From Candidatus Saccharimonas sp. (GTDB lineage Bacteria; Patescibacteriota; Saccharimonadia; Saccharimonadales; Saccharimonadaceae): a stretch of DNA of 32,000 bases. Under the pieces are notes generated by a model that was given only the letters and a program-made list of their open reading frames with translations, was not told the origin of the DNA and made no database searches. The translations under genes and the position numbers were made by a program. The stretch lies in contig CP076101.2 in the NCBI GenBank assembly GCA_015256915.3, positions 330,001 to 362,000 of the forward strand. The letters are read 5' to 3'. This document shows, one piece after another, positions 31,513-32,000 of this stretch (positions are counted from its first letter, which is position 1; the number at the start of each line of letters is the position of its first letter).

Positions 31513-32000
31513 TAGCTAAAAATCCTTTCCAAAACTTCTTTTAATTTTACAACATCAGCTTCAGTATTATGTAAGCCAATTGAAATTCGCACTAAGTGTG
31601 GCAGTTTTCGAACCTCTTTTAAATAGTAATGCGCGCAAAAATAACCGCTTCGCACCATAATTCCTTCATCGCTCAAAGCTTGTGCAATCAAGTGCGCATC
31701 AAGCTTATCGTGATAAAAACTAATCACAGGAGCCGGCTTTTTATTTAAAATATTAACGCCCTTTTGGTTTTTTAAAAACTCGAAAATATCTTTCGAAAAC
31801 TCATCAACTCGTGAAGTTTTCTTTTGCTTTTTCAGCCAATCAATCGCTGTTTTTAAAGCAATAATTTCGCCCCAAGCCTGCAAACCTGGCTCGAACAAAG
31901 CATGAATGTGCTCATCACCCAAAACTTCATAAGATTCTTTGGAGACACTTGAAACCATTCCACCACCAACAAAAGAGGTTTTTATAAATTTTGCAAAATC
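31512..32000 (-). CDS. class V aminotransferase / cysteine desulfurase (SufS/Csd-like), C-terminal part; 5' end outside the window
   Basis: The frame stays open to base 32000. FEPGLQAWGEIIALKTAIDWL and IRISIGLHNTEADV resemble the C-terminal domain of cysteine desulfurases. Its TAA overlaps the next ATG (TAATG). Confidence 0.7.
   Translation of the reverse strand, partial: DFAKFIKTSFVGGGMVSSVSKESYEVLGDEHIHALFEPGLQAWGEIIALKTAIDWLKKQKKTSRVDEFSKDIFEFLKNQKGVNILNKKPAPVISFYHDKLDAHLIAQALSDEGIMVRSGYFCAHYYLKEVRKLPHLVRISIGLHNTEADVVKLKEVLERIFS

Noticed and set aside
1-32000. Alternative genetic code (UGA as a sense codon, as in some CPR lineages) for the whole window
   Set aside because: All conserved genes (tuf, secY, rpoA, nrdD, trpS and the ribosomal proteins) are full length in the code-11 ORF track with no internal TGA. 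The only suspicious in-frame TGA is the one at 15671-15673.

Overview
This is a low-G+C bacterial chromosome segment, roughly one-third G+C by eye, and it reads cleanly in the standard code (11). The gene set suggests a reduced-genome organism with a Gram-positive-type envelope. It has an LPXTG protein plus a sortase, a class III RNR, Cys-free L33 and L36, and a broken ribosomal superoperon. A CPR/Patescibacteria (for example Saccharibacteria-like) origin is only my inference.

Housekeeping content:
- a partial P-type ATPase, a TPR protein, holB, an rluD-like gene, trpS and a hydrolase
- an LPXTG adhesin, queA, gpmA and nrdD
- a monocistronic rpsJ, rpmG and tRNA-Thr(GGU)
- the block rpsI-rplM-rplQ-rpoA-rpsD-rpsK-rpsM-rpmJ-infA
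- sortase, secY, uppP, tuf, a DsbA-like oxidoreductase and a partial cysteine desulfurase

The most unusual region is 14.4-21.7 kb, between tRNA-Thr and rpsI. It holds four items with no housekeeping role:
- a CAP-domain protein
- a Q/N-rich coiled-coil protein
- an AT-rich DUF3644/HEPN-like cassette with a convergent promoter and a structured small RNA
- a giant polyvalent-type protein of 1,332 codons, whose HExxH metallopeptidase-like segment is split by a single in-frame TGA

This region also lacks a sequence signature that saturates the rest of the window, the palindromic octamer TTTCGAAA. I count about 26 copies by hand against about 1 expected, and none in the island.

A second window-wide pattern is that many operon-head genes have a TGnTATAAT extended -10 box 6-10 nt upstream of the ATG with no Shine-Dalgarno sequence. 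This implies leaderless or near-leaderless mRNAs.

All promoter, terminator and RNA calls come from sequence inspection only.
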